DNA of 64,000 nucleotides from an uncultured Spirochaetota bacterium (GCA_963835575.1 CAWIGG010000002.1:1024001-1088000); one strand, 5' to 3'; shown: positions 48,807 through 59,425, counted from the first letter of the stretch. Translations and numbers: made by a program. The notes: generated by a model not told the origin, from the letters alone.

Positions 48807-50195
48807 TTATAGTATGTATTTTGTCAGATCAGTACTTTGTATAATTGAAGAAAGGCGTTTTACTACATAATCCGCAGTGATCTGTTTGGTTTTTTCCATT
48901 GTATCGGAAGCATCAAAAGATATCTCTTCCAGAAGGTATTCCATTACGGTATGAAGCCTTCTGGCGCCTATATCTTCCACGGATTTATTTATTTCATACG
49001 CGATTTCCACTATTTTATCAAAAGCCTTATCGTCAAATTCCAGAGTAATGCCTTCCGTAAAGAGAAGCGCTTTATACTGTTTTATAAGGGAATTTTTCGG
49101 CTCTATCAGAATCCTTTTTAAATCGTCTTTCTGGAGGCTGCTGAGCTCAACTCTGATTGGAAAGCGGCCCTGGAGTTCAGGTATCATATCGGAAGGCTTT
49201 GAGACATGAAAAGCCCCGGCGGCGATAAAAAGCATATGGTCTGTCTTGACCATTCCGTATTTTGTACTGACAGTTGTCCCTTCAACAATGGGTAAAAGGT
49301 CCCTCTGAACTCCTTCCCTGGAAACTTCAGGCCCATGTCCTTTTGCTTTATCGGAGATTTTATCTATTTCGTCGATAAATACGATTCCCATTTCCTGAGC
49401 CCATTTAATGCCCAGTTCTATAGCTTTATCCTTGTCAACCCGGTCTTCCATAAACTGCTGGGCGAGGGCATCTTTTGCTTCTTTGACCGTGATTCTTTTG
49501 ACTTCTTCAGTTTCCATACCCATATCATTAAAAATGGACTGAAATCCGTTTTCAACATCATCCATTCCAGGAAATATCTCGACCATAGGAAATACCGGTG
49601 ATGTTTTCTTTTTCAGTTTGATATTGATGACCATATTATCCAGTTCATGATTCTTCAGTTTTCTTTTTATATCATTTTTTATTTTAATTTTATCCATTTG
49701 CTCGATGTTTTCACCGTTATATTCGCCGCTTCGGACATATTCGTCATAAATATTCTTCTGAATAATTTTTAAAGTATCTGTGTAAATATCTTCTTTCGCG
49801 TTTTCTCTCATTCTTGATTTGATGATATTAACGGAATGGTTCACCAGGGCGCGGATCATATGCTCGACATCACGGCCCACATAGCCCCTTTCCGTGAATT
49901 TAGTCGCTTCAACCTTGATGAAAGGCGCGTCCAGGATTTGCGCCATCCTTCTGGCGATTTCGGTTTTTCCGACACCTGTAGGTCCTATCATTAGAATGTT
50001 TTTGGGGGCTATTTCCTCTTGCAGTTCCTCTGATACATATTTTCTTCTGATTCTGTTCCTGAGAGCTATCGCAACCAGTTTTTTCGCCCTTTCCTGACCG
50101 ATGATATAATTATTAAGCGCCTTTACGATTTCCGCTGGTTTGAAATTGCTGAGGTTTTCATTAAATTCGACAATAGATGGACCTGAATTCGGCAT
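48807..50195 (-). CDS. hslU: HslUV protease ATPase subunit
   Basis: GPTGVGKTEIARR, KVEATKFTE, IDEIDKI, GVQRDLLP, ELQGRFPIRV. Confidence 0.97.
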   Translation of the reverse strand: MPNSGPSIVEFNENLSNFKPAEIVKALNNYIIGQERAKKLVAIALRNRIRRKYVSEELQEEIAPKNILMIGPTGVGKTEIARRMAQILDAPFIKVEATKFTERGYVGRDVEHMIRALVNHSVNIIKSRMRENAKEDIYTDTLKIIQKNIYDEYVRSGEYNGENIEQMDKIKIKNDIKRKLKNHELDNMVINIKLKKKTSPVFPMVEIFPGMDDVENGFQSIFNDMGMETEEVKRITVKEAKDALAQQFMEDRVDKDKAIELGIKWAQEMGIVFIDEIDKISDKAKGHGPEVSREGVQRDLLPIVEGTTVSTKYGMVKTDHMLFIAAGAFHVSKPSDMIPELQGRFPIRVELSSLQKDDLKRILIEPKNSLIKQYKALLFTEGITLEFDDKAFDKIVEIAYEINKSVEDIGARRLHTVMEYLLEEISFDASDTMEKTKQITADYVVKRLSSIIQSTDLTKYIL

Positions 50196-50209
50196 GAATT
50201 TATCCTGTT

Positions 50210-50752
50210 TTATAATTCTTCAACAATAATATTATTATTTGTATAAATGCATATTTTAGAGGCTATTTCGAGTGAGAGATAAGCCGCGTCTTTTATCGGC
50301 ATATCGGGGTTCGCTTTCAAAAAGGCCAGCGCGGCGGCTCTCGCGTAAGGCGCGCCCGACCCTATAGCCGCGATATTATCTTCCGGTTCCAGAATATTAC
50401 CGTTGCCGGAAATAACCAGTGTATTCTTTTTATTGGCGACAATCAGCATCGCCTCCAGCTGCCTGAGATATTTATCAAGGCGCCAATCCTTTGCCAGGCT
50501 GACGCTCGCTTTTAAAATATCGCCGGAGAATTCCTCCAGTTTTGTCTCAAATTTTTCAAGAAGCGTAAAAGCGTCGGCGGCTGAGCCCGCGAATCCGGCA
50601 AGAACGGTTTCTTTAAAAAGCTTTCTTATTTTAATGGCATTGCTTTTAATTATTGTTTCGCCCAGCGTTACCTGGCCGTCTCCCGCTATTGCGATATTAT
50701 TATCTTTTCTGACACAGATGACTGTTGTTGAGTGCCAGCTGTTATCATTCAT
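50210..50752 (-). CDS. hslV: HslUV protease peptidase subunit
   Basis: STTVICV, AGDGQVT, GFAGSAADA, AIGSG, ICIYTN. Confidence 0.96.
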   Translation of the reverse strand: MNDNSWHSTTVICVRKDNNIAIAGDGQVTLGETIIKSNAIKIRKLFKETVLAGFAGSAADAFTLLEKFETKLEEFSGDILKASVSLAKDWRLDKYLRQLEAMLIVANKKNTLVISGNGNILEPEDNIAAIGSGAPYARAAALAFLKANPDMPIKDAAYLSLEIASKICIYTNNNIIVEEL

Positions 50753-50823
50753 AAAGCACCCCCTTTCAGAACCATTAATCATCAGAGTATAACATTGGAA
50801 TACCTTTTATTCAAATAAAGTAT

Positions 50824-51993
50824 TTATTTGCGGGTAATCATCTTTGTTCCTTTGCTGAGCGGGATATAGAGAGTGAATTTGCTGCCCTTTCCTTTAGTGC
50901 TTTCAACCTTTATATCTCCGCCATGTTCTTTGATGATTTTATAAACAATGGTCAAACCGAGGCCGGTCCCATATTCTTTTGTCGAAAAATAGGGTTCGAA
51001 TATTTTCTGGATCTTCTCGCTGTCAATACCGGAACCTGTATCGCTGATAGATATGCCGATTGAATCCGTGGCATTATCAAAAAAAGTGCAGATAGTTAAA
51101 ATTTTATCATTATTCGGATCAACGGCGCTTGTTGACATTGATTCTATGGCGTTTTTTAGAAGGTTAATAATGGCCTGTTTAAGGTAATCCCTGTCAAAAA
51201 ACAATTTTGGGACATCATTATAATCCTCGATCAATTCAATCTCGTTTTTTTCTATCTCCGGTTTGATCAAAAAGATTATATTCTTTAAATACTGGTTGAT
51301 ATTCTCAAAAGTGAGTTTAAGTTCCCTCTTTCTGGCTGCGGTCAGGAAATCATTTACAATCTTAGCCAGACGGTGCTGTTCTTCATCAACGATCTGTATA
51401 TAATTATTCACTTCAGGAGGGACTTCTATTATCTTTTTGTGTATTCCCTTTTTCAATATCTGGGTATGAAGGTCGATGGCTGTCAGCGGATTCTTTATTT
51501 CATGGGCAATACCGGCCGCGAGCGTGTTGAGCGCTGAAACCGATTCCGCATTCTTAAGCTGGAAGTCTATTTTCTTTTTTTCACTAATATCCTTTAATTT
51601 TATGAGAAAAATATTGTCGCCTAGGGTTACTTTTTCAAAATAATAATAACGGGTTTCTTTCGCATTGTCGGAAAACTCCGCTTTAAAGTCGCTTTTGGGA
51701 AGGGAAGAAATGATACAGTCAAATAAAACCTGATTTCCGGCAAGCTTTTTCAACTCGTCTGTTAAAGCCGGTATTTTAACTATCCTGGGTGTCATCAATA
51801 GTTTTTTCGCGGATTGATTCAAAAAGAATATTCTGTTCTCATTAATGATGATTATAGCCTCATCAGAATGGTCAAGGATGTCCTTGAAAATCCGTCTTTC
51901 ACTTTCCAGCGATTCAACAATGAATTTGATTTTAGACTCGTCCTGATGTGAAATGTTTTCCAGGAACTTTTCAAAAAATTTATTGTTGGGCAT
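50824..51993 (-). CDS. Soluble PAS-type sensor histidine kinase
   Basis: AHEIKNPL H-box, NLLKNA, DTGSG, FEPYFSTK, GTGLGL. Confidence 0.93.
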   Translation of the reverse strand: MPNNKFFEKFLENISHQDESKIKFIVESLESERRIFKDILDHSDEAIIIINENRIFFLNQSAKKLLMTPRIVKIPALTDELKKLAGNQVLFDCIISSLPKSDFKAEFSDNAKETRYYYFEKVTLGDNIFLIKLKDISEKKKIDFQLKNAESVSALNTLAAGIAHEIKNPLTAIDLHTQILKKGIHKKIIEVPPEVNNYIQIVDEEQHRLAKIVNDFLTAARKRELKLTFENINQYLKNIIFLIKPEIEKNEIELIEDYNDVPKLFFDRDYLKQAIINLLKNAIESMSTSAVDPNNDKILTICTFFDNATDSIGISISDTGSGIDSEKIQKIFEPYFSTKEYGTGLGLTIVYKIIKEHGGDIKVESTKGKGSKFTLYIPLSKGTKMITRK

Positions 51994-52098
51994 AGGCTGT
52001 AAAACCCTCTTTATTTGATTCTAATTTATGCCGATACAAAAGATACCTATATTATATAATATAACATTAATTATTAAAAGAATGGAGTAATACTCAAA

Positions 52099-52950
52099 AT
52101 GGCGCTTAAACAGATACCAAGGGAAAAAAAAGAAGCTTATAACGCAATAGTAAAAGACTTGAAAGAGCAAATGGAAGTTGTCCAGAAAAAAGCCCAGAAA
52201 TATGAGCGCGATGGCATGAGAGATAAAGAAATCCCTTCACTCTATAAAAGGATAGCCGCAAGCAATGTTTACCTTGAAACAGTCAGGATTTACTGCAAAA
52301 TGAATGAATACAGTCTTCAGATTATGGATATAAAGAATGATCTTTATCTGACTAACGCGAGGAAGAATATCTACCAGGCAATAAAAATGCTGGAATCCAT
52401 TGTCGGAAACGTTATTGATTCAGCCCTGACCGACAATGCCGAGATCCTGGAAAGGCTGACCCTTCTTAATCCGAAAAGGGTATTGAATTTGCTGAAAAAG
52501 ATAGAATACAGTATTGCCCTTGTCCAGTTTTCTGAAGGCGAAAATACCAAATGGAAGTGGACTTTTGTAGAAATGTACGGAAAACTGGCAGCTCTGGCTA
52601 AAAACCTGATCAATTTTAAAGTTTACGCGCAGCAGATGTTTGATCCCAGTAATCCATCCTATCAGGATATTAATGAGCTGTTTGAGCTTACAAAAAAATT
52701 GATCGATACGGCGGCTCAAAAATACAGAACAAAATATGAATTGAGCACCATGGAAGTAGCGGACATGAACAAAGGAATGGATTTTCTTAATTTGATAGTC
52801 CGTATTTATATTATTTTAAATGAACAGCCGCAGGCGCAGGAAGCCAAGAAAACATTAGAAAAATGGAAAGACAAGCTGGAACTGGATATCAGGAAAAGAG
52901 AAGAGGAAACAAAAAAGCAGAAACAGGAAGCGGCCTCAAAGCGAAAATAA
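52099..52950 (+). CDS. Hypothetical helical protein
   Basis: 283-aa ORF with GGAG RBS; no recognisable motif. Confidence 0.7.
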   Translation: MALKQIPREKKEAYNAIVKDLKEQMEVVQKKAQKYERDGMRDKEIPSLYKRIAASNVYLETVRIYCKMNEYSLQIMDIKNDLYLTNARKNIYQAIKMLESIVGNVIDSALTDNAEILERLTLLNPKRVLNLLKKIEYSIALVQFSEGENTKWKWTFVEMYGKLAALAKNLINFKVYAQQMFDPSNPSYQDINELFELTKKLIDTAAQKYRTKYELSTMEVADMNKGMDFLNLIVRIYIILNEQPQAQEAKKTLEKWKDKLELDIRKREEETKKQKQEAASKRK

Positions 52951-52971
52951 CTCCCATTTTTTCAAATTATG

Positions 52972-53011
52972 AGGGCAGCGTCAAAAAACTTTGTTTTTTT
53001 GACACTGCCCT
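52972..53011. terminator. Palindrome between convergent genes, likely bidirectional terminator
   Basis: AGGGCAGcGTCAAAAAA ... TTTTTTGACaCTGCCCT. Confidence 0.65.
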
Positions 53012-53014
53012 TAA

Positions 53015-54289
53015 TTATTTCACTTTCAAAATGCTTTTAATACAAACTATCCTGACGCAGATACAGAGAAGCTCAATAGCTTTCTTTAATTCTTCAACAG
53101 GCGGATAAGTCGGCGCTATCCGGATATTTCTGTCCCTGGGATCCTTTCCATAGGGGAATGTGGCGCCCGCTTTTGTCAGGACGACCCCGGCCCCTCCGGC
53201 TAAAGCAACGACTTCTTTAGCGCATCCGTCAAGGACGTTCAGGCTGATAAAATAGCCGCCGTTCGGCTTATTCCATAAAGCGATTTTTTTAACTTCAAGT
53301 TCTTTCTCGAGAATTGAAAGGACAATATCAAACTTGGGTTTTAAAATCGCCGCGTGTTTTTTCATGTGGCCGGTAATACCATCCATATTTTTGTAGTATT
53401 TGACATGTCTGAGCTGATTGATCTTATCCGGGCCGATTGTCTGGATGATGAGCTGTTTTTTAATAAAATTTATATTATTTTCGCTCGCGGCCATAATGGC
53501 AATACCAGCGCCTGCAAAAGAAATCTTTGAAGTGGAACTGAAGATGAATACCCGGTCAGGATTTCCAGCTTCTTTGCAGGCCTTCATAATATTCAGAAGC
53601 CGGTCCGGCTTTTCGGTCAAATGGTGAATGGCATAGGCATTATCCCAGAAAATCCGGAAATCTTTTGCCTTAGTTTTCATGTTTGCAAAACGGCGTACCA
53701 CGTCATCGGAATAGGTGATCCCTTCCGGGTTGCTGTATGTCGGGACGCACCAGATGCCTTTGATTGAATCATCGCCAGCCACCAGCTTTTCAACGGCGTC
53801 CATATCAGGCCCGTCTTTTTTCATATCTATAATGATCATTTCTATATTGAACAGTTCGCAAACGGCAAAATGGCGGTCGTAACCGGGGCTGGGGCACAGG
53901 AATTTTACCTTCGGCAGTTTGTCCCAGGGGGTTTCGCTTCCGGATACGCCTAAAAGAAGGGCCTTCGCGATAGTGTCATGCATCATGGCCAGGCTTGAAT
54001 TCCCGCCGATGATGATTTCCTTTACGTCAACGCCCAGCATTTCCGCGAAAAGGGCCCTGGCCTCAGGGATTCCGTCCACTCCGCCGTAATTCCGGCAGTC
54101 GGTGCCGTCCGCTGTTTTATAATCCAGGGATTTCAGCATATCCATCGCCAGGTCAAGCTGGTCCGGGCCGGGTTTGCCTCGGGACATGTCCAGCTTCAGA
54201 TTCAGGGCTTTAAAATCATCATATCTTTTCTGCAAAACAGATAATTCAGTGTTCAGTTTTTCTTTACTCATGGATAAATAATCTGCCAT
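53015..54289 (-). CDS. PLP-dependent aminotransferase, class I/II fold
   Basis: LDMSRGKP, PGYDRHF, YSNPEG, WDNAY, STSKI, NIRIAPT. Confidence 0.92.
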   Translation of the reverse strand: MADYLSMSKEKLNTELSVLQKRYDDFKALNLKLDMSRGKPGPDQLDLAMDMLKSLDYKTADGTDCRNYGGVDGIPEARALFAEMLGVDVKEIIIGGNSSLAMMHDTIAKALLLGVSGSETPWDKLPKVKFLCPSPGYDRHFAVCELFNIEMIIIDMKKDGPDMDAVEKLVAGDDSIKGIWCVPTYSNPEGITYSDDVVRRFANMKTKAKDFRIFWDNAYAIHHLTEKPDRLLNIMKACKEAGNPDRVFIFSSTSKISFAGAGIAIMAASENNINFIKKQLIIQTIGPDKINQLRHVKYYKNMDGITGHMKKHAAILKPKFDIVLSILEKELEVKKIALWNKPNGGYFISLNVLDGCAKEVVALAGGAGVVLTKAGATFPYGKDPRDRNIRIAPTYPPVEELKKAIELLCICVRIVCIKSILKVK

Positions 54290-54385
54290 ATAAAAACCTC
54301 ACATTATTTTATTTTAAAGCGGAGTATTTTAATAAATATTCAACAAAGATTCAAGTAAATGGAGAAGTAATTTTATATTATCCGG

Positions 54386-55891
54386 TTATATTAAGATGGG
54401 TATTTCATCGTTCTTCTTTTCTTTAGCAGAGGTATCTTTTTTGTTAAGGAATTCCCCACCCAGTTCATAGAGCTTTTCCTTTTTATTTAAATCAGGGTTG
54501 TCCATAACCTTCTGGAGCATATACTCGAGCATTTCGCCGATGGTCCTGGAGGGCTCGATATTGAATTTCCTCATGATTTCATAACCGTTGATATCCAGGT
54601 CGGTGACTTTGAGCGCGTTATCTTCCTTGATTATCGCGTCTATCCTTCTTTTAAATTTATCAAGGATGTCGGCCTCGCCCACGCGCATACCGCTGCCGAT
54701 CCGGTCCGCTTTCCGGAGTTCGAAGAGGTCCGCCAGCTCTATTGAATCATTCTCAAGCTTTCTCAGGAAGCGGCGTACGGCGCCGTCGCTCCATTCTTCC
54801 GTATAATAAAACATATGGAGTTTGACCAGTTTTTTAATCTTTTTAAGGTCGTTATTGCTGAATTTCAGGCGCTTGAGGATCCTTTCGGTTATCTTTTCGC
54901 CGATGACCTCATGGTTATAAAAGACATTGCCGTTGCCGTTAGCCGAGGCGTAGTTCTGCGCCCTGGGTTTGCCGATGTCATGGAAGAGCCCTGCCATCCT
55001 GACAAGAGGCTTCTTAGGACTGACGGCGTCGCAGGTATAGAGGTTATGATAATAAACGTCATACTTATGGAACTCGTTCTGGTCCATTTGATAGCCTTCC
55101 AGAAGCTCCGGCATAAAAAGGTTTAAAATGCCGGCCGTCCTCATGTATTCAATCCCGACGGACGGCTTCGTTGATTTCATCAGCTTAAAAAGCTCGTCAT
55201 GGACCCTTTCATAAGAGACCATTTTGATTGTATTGAGAGTCTTCAGTATGGCATTTAGAGTACTACCGTCAATCTTAAAATTGAGCTGGGAGGCAAAACG
55301 GCAGGCCCTGATCGGGCGCAGGCCGTCCTCTTTAAAACGGTCCATAGGGTTCCCGACTGTCTGGATCAGGCCTTTTTTCAGGTCTGTCAATCCATGGAAA
55401 GGGTCAATGAGCTTCTTTTCAAGGATATCATAGGCGAGCGCGTTAATGGTAAAGTCCCTTCTGCCCAGGTCTTCTATCAGGGAAGCGGAAAATTGTATGG
55501 AAGAGGGGTGCCGGCCGTCTTTATAATCCTTATCGATACGGTAGGTTGTAACCTCATAGTTATTGGCCTGGCCGTTTTTATTGATCACAACGGTGACTGT
55601 CCCATGTAAAAGGCCTGTTGGTACGGTAAAAACCCTTTCTTTCCCTTTTTTTTGAAATAGCGCCATTACCTGCTGAGGCGTCGCGTTGGTCGTGAAATCA
55701 AAATCGGAATCCTTGAGCGACGCTTTTTCCGGGCTTCCGGCCAAGATGATATCCCTGACGGCCCCGCCGACAAGAAACACCTCAAAGCCTTTGGACTTTA
55801 ATTTTTCACTGATATAAAGGAGGTCTTCGGGGATTTTATCCTGGAATAAATCCATGGGAAGAGAATCGGAATAAGACATTTTTACTCCCAT
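54386..55891 (-). CDS. cca: CCA tRNA nucleotidyltransferase with HD domain
   Basis: VGGAVRD, DFDFTT, RRDFTINA, EDGLRPIR, HDIGKP; start may be 55879. Confidence 0.9.
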   Translation of the reverse strand: MGVKMSYSDSLPMDLFQDKIPEDLLYISEKLKSKGFEVFLVGGAVRDIILAGSPEKASLKDSDFDFTTNATPQQVMALFQKKGKERVFTVPTGLLHGTVTVVINKNGQANNYEVTTYRIDKDYKDGRHPSSIQFSASLIEDLGRRDFTINALAYDILEKKLIDPFHGLTDLKKGLIQTVGNPMDRFKEDGLRPIRACRFASQLNFKIDGSTLNAILKTLNTIKMVSYERVHDELFKLMKSTKPSVGIEYMRTAGILNLFMPELLEGYQMDQNEFHKYDVYYHNLYTCDAVSPKKPLVRMAGLFHDIGKPRAQNYASANGNGNVFYNHEVIGEKITERILKRLKFSNNDLKKIKKLVKLHMFYYTEEWSDGAVRRFLRKLENDSIELADLFELRKADRIGSGMRVGEADILDKFKRRIDAIIKEDNALKVTDLDINGYEIMRKFNIEPSRTIGEMLEYMLQKVMDNPDLNKKEKLYELGGEFLNKKDTSAKEKKNDEIPILI

Positions 55892-55895
55892 TTTA

Positions 55896-56549
55896 CTACT
55901 TGAGGGCTTTTTGAACTATATCCCGTGAATTCTGAAATACATCTGCGATGAGTTTCTCGCTTAAACCGGCGCCTTTCAAAATGTTTTCCGCCATCTGATG
56001 GCTGATAAAATCGTTGTGGGAATGCGCGTCGGTATCGATCACAAGGGAAGCATTGCAGAGAGAGGCCAGACGGGCGACATGCCCGTTTGTCAGTGAATGG
56101 CCCTTACGAGCGGTTATTTCGAGATAAACGCCGTTTTTAACGGCATTTATAACTTCCTCTTCCGTTATGAGGCCGGGATGGGCGAGGATATCGACCTTAG
56201 CTTTGATCGCCGCGGCGTTTGTGCCGGGCCGGACAGGCTCGACAATTGTTTCGCCATGCACAATGACGATGGACAGGCCGTTTCCGCGAACGTAATCGGT
56301 CAATTCCTTGATCTCTTCCGGCAGGACATGCGTCAGCTCGACCCCGGAAAGGACTTTGATGTCCTTCTGGAGCTTATTCATGGTAGCCGCGAACTTTACG
56401 CCTTCCCTGCAGAGAGTCTCTATGTTTGAAGAATCGGCATGGTCTGTCAGCGCGATGGCTTCGTAGCCGATCTGGACGGCCCTTCTGACCTGCTCGGCGG
56501 GGATCAGCGCGCCGTCGCTCCAGAGGGTGTGTGTGTGTAGATCGATCAT
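55896..56549 (-). CDS. PHP-domain phosphatase (histidinol-phosphatase-like)
   Basis: DLHTH, TDH, GVE, HGET, LAHPG, DTDAH. Confidence 0.88.
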   Translation of the reverse strand: MIDLHTHTLWSDGALIPAEQVRRAVQIGYEAIALTDHADSSNIETLCREGVKFAATMNKLQKDIKVLSGVELTHVLPEEIKELTDYVRGNGLSIVIVHGETIVEPVRPGTNAAAIKAKVDILAHPGLITEEEVINAVKNGVYLEITARKGHSLTNGHVARLASLCNASLVIDTDAHSHNDFISHQMAENILKGAGLSEKLIADVFQNSRDIVQKALK

Positions 56550-56667
56550 AATTTTATCCTTATGATACAATAATTGAGATATTTTACAGTAAACCGGGGA
56601 AAAAGTAAATAATCGGGATGGGCAGAAGGGGGTTTTAATTCACTACGGAGTTCACGGAGAACAGTGA

Positions 56668-56807
56668 TTTAATACTAAAGCTTTAATACGATTAAGGATT
56701 TCATAACAGAATTCTTTTTCATAATATCCGATTATTCACAGGATTTTCAGGATTAAGGTGGATTTTGAGGATTTAGTTATTCATCAACATAGTTTGTTAG
56801 TAAAAGT
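56668..56807 (-). repeat. Dispersed composite repeat copy (inverted)
   Basis: Reverse complement aligns with 63817-63985. Confidence 0.8.
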
Positions 56808-56836
56808 AATCCAAGGTAGCGGAGAAAGAGAAATAT

Positions 56837-56865
56837 TGACTTATAAAATGAAATAGAATATGCTT
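56837..56865 (+). promoter_or_regulatory. Sigma70-type promoter, separated from the 58277 gene by IS5
   Basis: TTGACT-N17-TATGCT. Confidence 0.55.
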
Positions 56866-56902
56866 TTATGTCTTTATGGATTATAAGGCGAAGGTGATAT
56901 AT

Positions 56903-58186
56903 GGGCGGTTTTAAAAACCGCCTAATTTATCAACACTTCCCTGATAATAGAAAATATTTTCAAAATATTTCTGCCAACAGGTTAAAAACTGTTTCTATTA
57001 CCAAAATTCAGGCAAACACGGGCAATATTATCCATATCTTCTGCATTTTAAGCCGCACAAGACGCAATTCGACCTTTTACCACAACATACCGTGCTAAAT
57101 TATAAACCAGATTCATCAGCCCGATTTGGCTCTCTGCCCTTTCTTTTCCTATCGATCGTATTGTACTGCCGTTCATACTATTTTCAACAAAACCAAAAAC
57201 ATGCTCAACACGAACTCGGATGCGGCTCTTTCTTCTATTTTTTTCTTTCTGCTTCTCCGTCAATGGCTTATTTCTGTATCCTTTTTCGTGAATCCGGTTT
57301 TTCATCTCAAATTTTTCTAATATTCCTGCTACCGTTGGGCCAACATATGCGCTGTCCGCGTAAAACGGCTTCCCTTTGTCTTTCTCATTCAATAGAGGTT
57401 CAACTACCTGTGAATCGTGAACGCTCGCATCTGTCGTGACATAAGAACGAATAAGTTTTGACTTCACATCAACCTTTGTATGGTTTTTGTATCCGTAATG
57501 CCTCTCTTTATTCTTGGTCATCCAGCGCGCATCCGTGTCTTTATGGGAAAGCTTATGCGTATTATCTTTCCAATCTTCCGGAACCTCGCCTTCTTTTATT
57601 TTCTTGTTTTCTTCGCGGCTGTTCCTCTGCCGGGGAACATCCACAAAACTTGCGTCTACCATAACGCCCGCTTTCCCTATCACACCTTTATTCTCAAGAT
57701 TCTCATCGAATATTTTAAAAAGTTTCTCTATTGCTTTCGCTTTCATCAGTTTTTCCTTGAATTCCCAGATTTTACTGTAGTCCGGAACTTTGTCCGAAAG
57801 TGTTATCCCAAGATATCGCTGAACGGATAACCTGTCATTGATCTGAAATTCCGCTTGCTCATCGGAAAGATTGTAATACCTCTGGAATATCAGTATCTTG
57901 AACATGAAAACATAGTCATAATGTGGCGCTCCGCCCGGCGCCTTCTGCTCTTTCGGCGCCAAAATCTCTGTTAACAGCGGCCGGAACATCTCAAAGTCTA
58001 CAACCCTGTTAAGCTTATCCAGCGGTGTTTTTACGCCGCTTAGCTTTTCCATCCGCTCCTGATATTCAAACAAGTTACGGTCTTTCCGCTTAATTTTTGT
58101 CATAGCCTTACCTCTGTTTTCTTTGACTATGATTATATGTTTTTATATACTATTTGTATATGATACGTGGGTTTTTCAAACCGCCC
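56903..58186 (-). mobile_element. IS5-family insertion sequence
   Basis: IRs GGGCGGTTTTAAAAACC and GGTTTTTCAAACCGCCC; ATAT on both flanks. Confidence 0.92.
57048..58103 (-). CDS. IS5-family transposase
   Basis: LSDEQAE, VDASFV, GYKNH, HDS, ADSAY, RVRVEHVFG. Confidence 0.93.
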   Translation of the reverse strand: MTKIKRKDRNLFEYQERMEKLSGVKTPLDKLNRVVDFEMFRPLLTEILAPKEQKAPGGAPHYDYVFMFKILIFQRYYNLSDEQAEFQINDRLSVQRYLGITLSDKVPDYSKIWEFKEKLMKAKAIEKLFKIFDENLENKGVIGKAGVMVDASFVDVPRQRNSREENKKIKEGEVPEDWKDNTHKLSHKDTDARWMTKNKERHYGYKNHTKVDVKSKLIRSYVTTDASVHDSQVVEPLLNEKDKGKPFYADSAYVGPTVAGILEKFEMKNRIHEKGYRNKPLTEKQKEKNRRKSRIRVRVEHVFGFVENSMNGSTIRSIGKERAESQIGLMNLVYNLARYVVVKGRIASCAA

Positions 58187-58276
58187 ATATTGTAAAGTAG
58201 GCGAAATGCTTCATAATAAATCTCATCGAAAAGATAGGTGAAAGGGTGAGCTGGTTATTTAAAATTTGGGAGAACT

Positions 58277-59080
58277 ATGGATTATTCAGAATGTATAGTC
58301 ACATATATTGATATATTAGGTTTTAAAAATTTAATAAAAACAAAGAAGCCAATCGAAATCTATAATATCTTAAGGGAATTTCATAAAAGCATAGATAATA
58401 AATCTTGGTATAATTCTTTAGGTTTTAATGAACATGCCATTGATGAGGGTAAATTAAAATATTTTGTATTTTCTGATTTAATGTTAAGAGCTCGAAAATT
58501 AGATGAAACAAATATTCTTGATAAGGAATATATCATTAGTCTCATTATTTATGAATTATTAAGTATTACTCAAGATCAATACAACTTAATCACAAATAAT
58601 AATGTTTTAGTAAGAGGGACTCTACATATAGACAAATTATTTTTTGAAGACAAAAATGATATTGTTTTTGGTCCTGCGTTAATTGAAGCTTATCAAATTG
58701 AAGAAGAAATTGCTTTATATCCTAGATTAGTTATTTCTGAGAAATGTATAGAATTTATTAAAAGTAATTCTTTTACTCGTAATCTAATAAGAAAAGATTT
58801 TGATGGAATTTATTTTGCGGATTATTTATATTTTCACTCATTAAAAGTATCTGGAGATTTATTAGAATCTAAATTATTAGAACAGAGATTTGATAAACAT
58901 AAAAATTCGATAATTTACTTAAACGAACAGAATTCAAATGAAGTAAATATTAATATTAAAAGAAAAGTTCAAATGAAGATTGATTGGCTAGCAAATTATC
59001 ATAATTTAACTATTTCTAGATTATCAGAAATAAGTAATAAAAGCTTTTTAAATGATCTTAAAATTCAAAATAATGCCTGA
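58277..59080 (+). CDS. AT-rich hypothetical protein with nucleotidyl-cyclase-like motifs
   Basis: YIDILGFK, FSD, VRG, FGPALIEAY..E...A.YPR. Confidence 0.6.
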   Translation: MDYSECIVTYIDILGFKNLIKTKKPIEIYNILREFHKSIDNKSWYNSLGFNEHAIDEGKLKYFVFSDLMLRARKLDETNILDKEYIISLIIYELLSITQDQYNLITNNNVLVRGTLHIDKLFFEDKNDIVFGPALIEAYQIEEEIALYPRLVISEKCIEFIKSNSFTRNLIRKDFDGIYFADYLYFHSLKVSGDLLESKLLEQRFDKHKNSIIYLNEQNSNEVNINIKRKVQMKIDWLANYHNLTISRLSEISNKSFLNDLKIQNNA

Positions 59081-59124
59081 ACAATTTAATATTCACCTGA
59101 CAGTAATCCTCTAAAAAACCAACT

Positions 59125-59378
59125 CTTCCCGCCTTCCTATCTTCCTGTTAATTTTATCCCAAATCCTGTTAATCCTGTTCAATCCTGAATATCCTGCTGA
59201 ATTGGGGTCTATGTATCCGCCTTAATTATATAAATCGGGATGCATTTATTAAACATATTCTGTCCACCGGCGTAGCCCGCAAACTTTTCCCCAATCCCAT
59301 CTGTGTCATCTGTGAAATCTGTGGTTCCTTTCCGTGTCCAACCTTCGATTCGCGTCGATTCGCGTGCATTCGCGGGTT
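59125..59378 (-). repeat. Cluster of 8-10-bp-period tandem repeats
   Basis: CTTCCCGCCTTCCTATCTTCCTGTTA; AATCCTG x3-4; ATCTGTG x3; ATTCGCG x3. Confidence 0.75.
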
Positions 59379-59425
59379 ACCCCGTTCGTGCTCTTGGTGT
59401 TTAGCCCGCAGGATGCGTTAATTTT

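Noticed and set aside
56876..58241. 25-aa peptide MDYKAKVIYCKVGEMLHNKSHRKDR restored by removing IS5
   Set aside because: Too short, no clear RBS and no recognisable homology
59125..59378. Possible CRISPR array in the repeat clusters
   Set aside because: Units are 8-10 bp without unique spacers, and no cas genes are present
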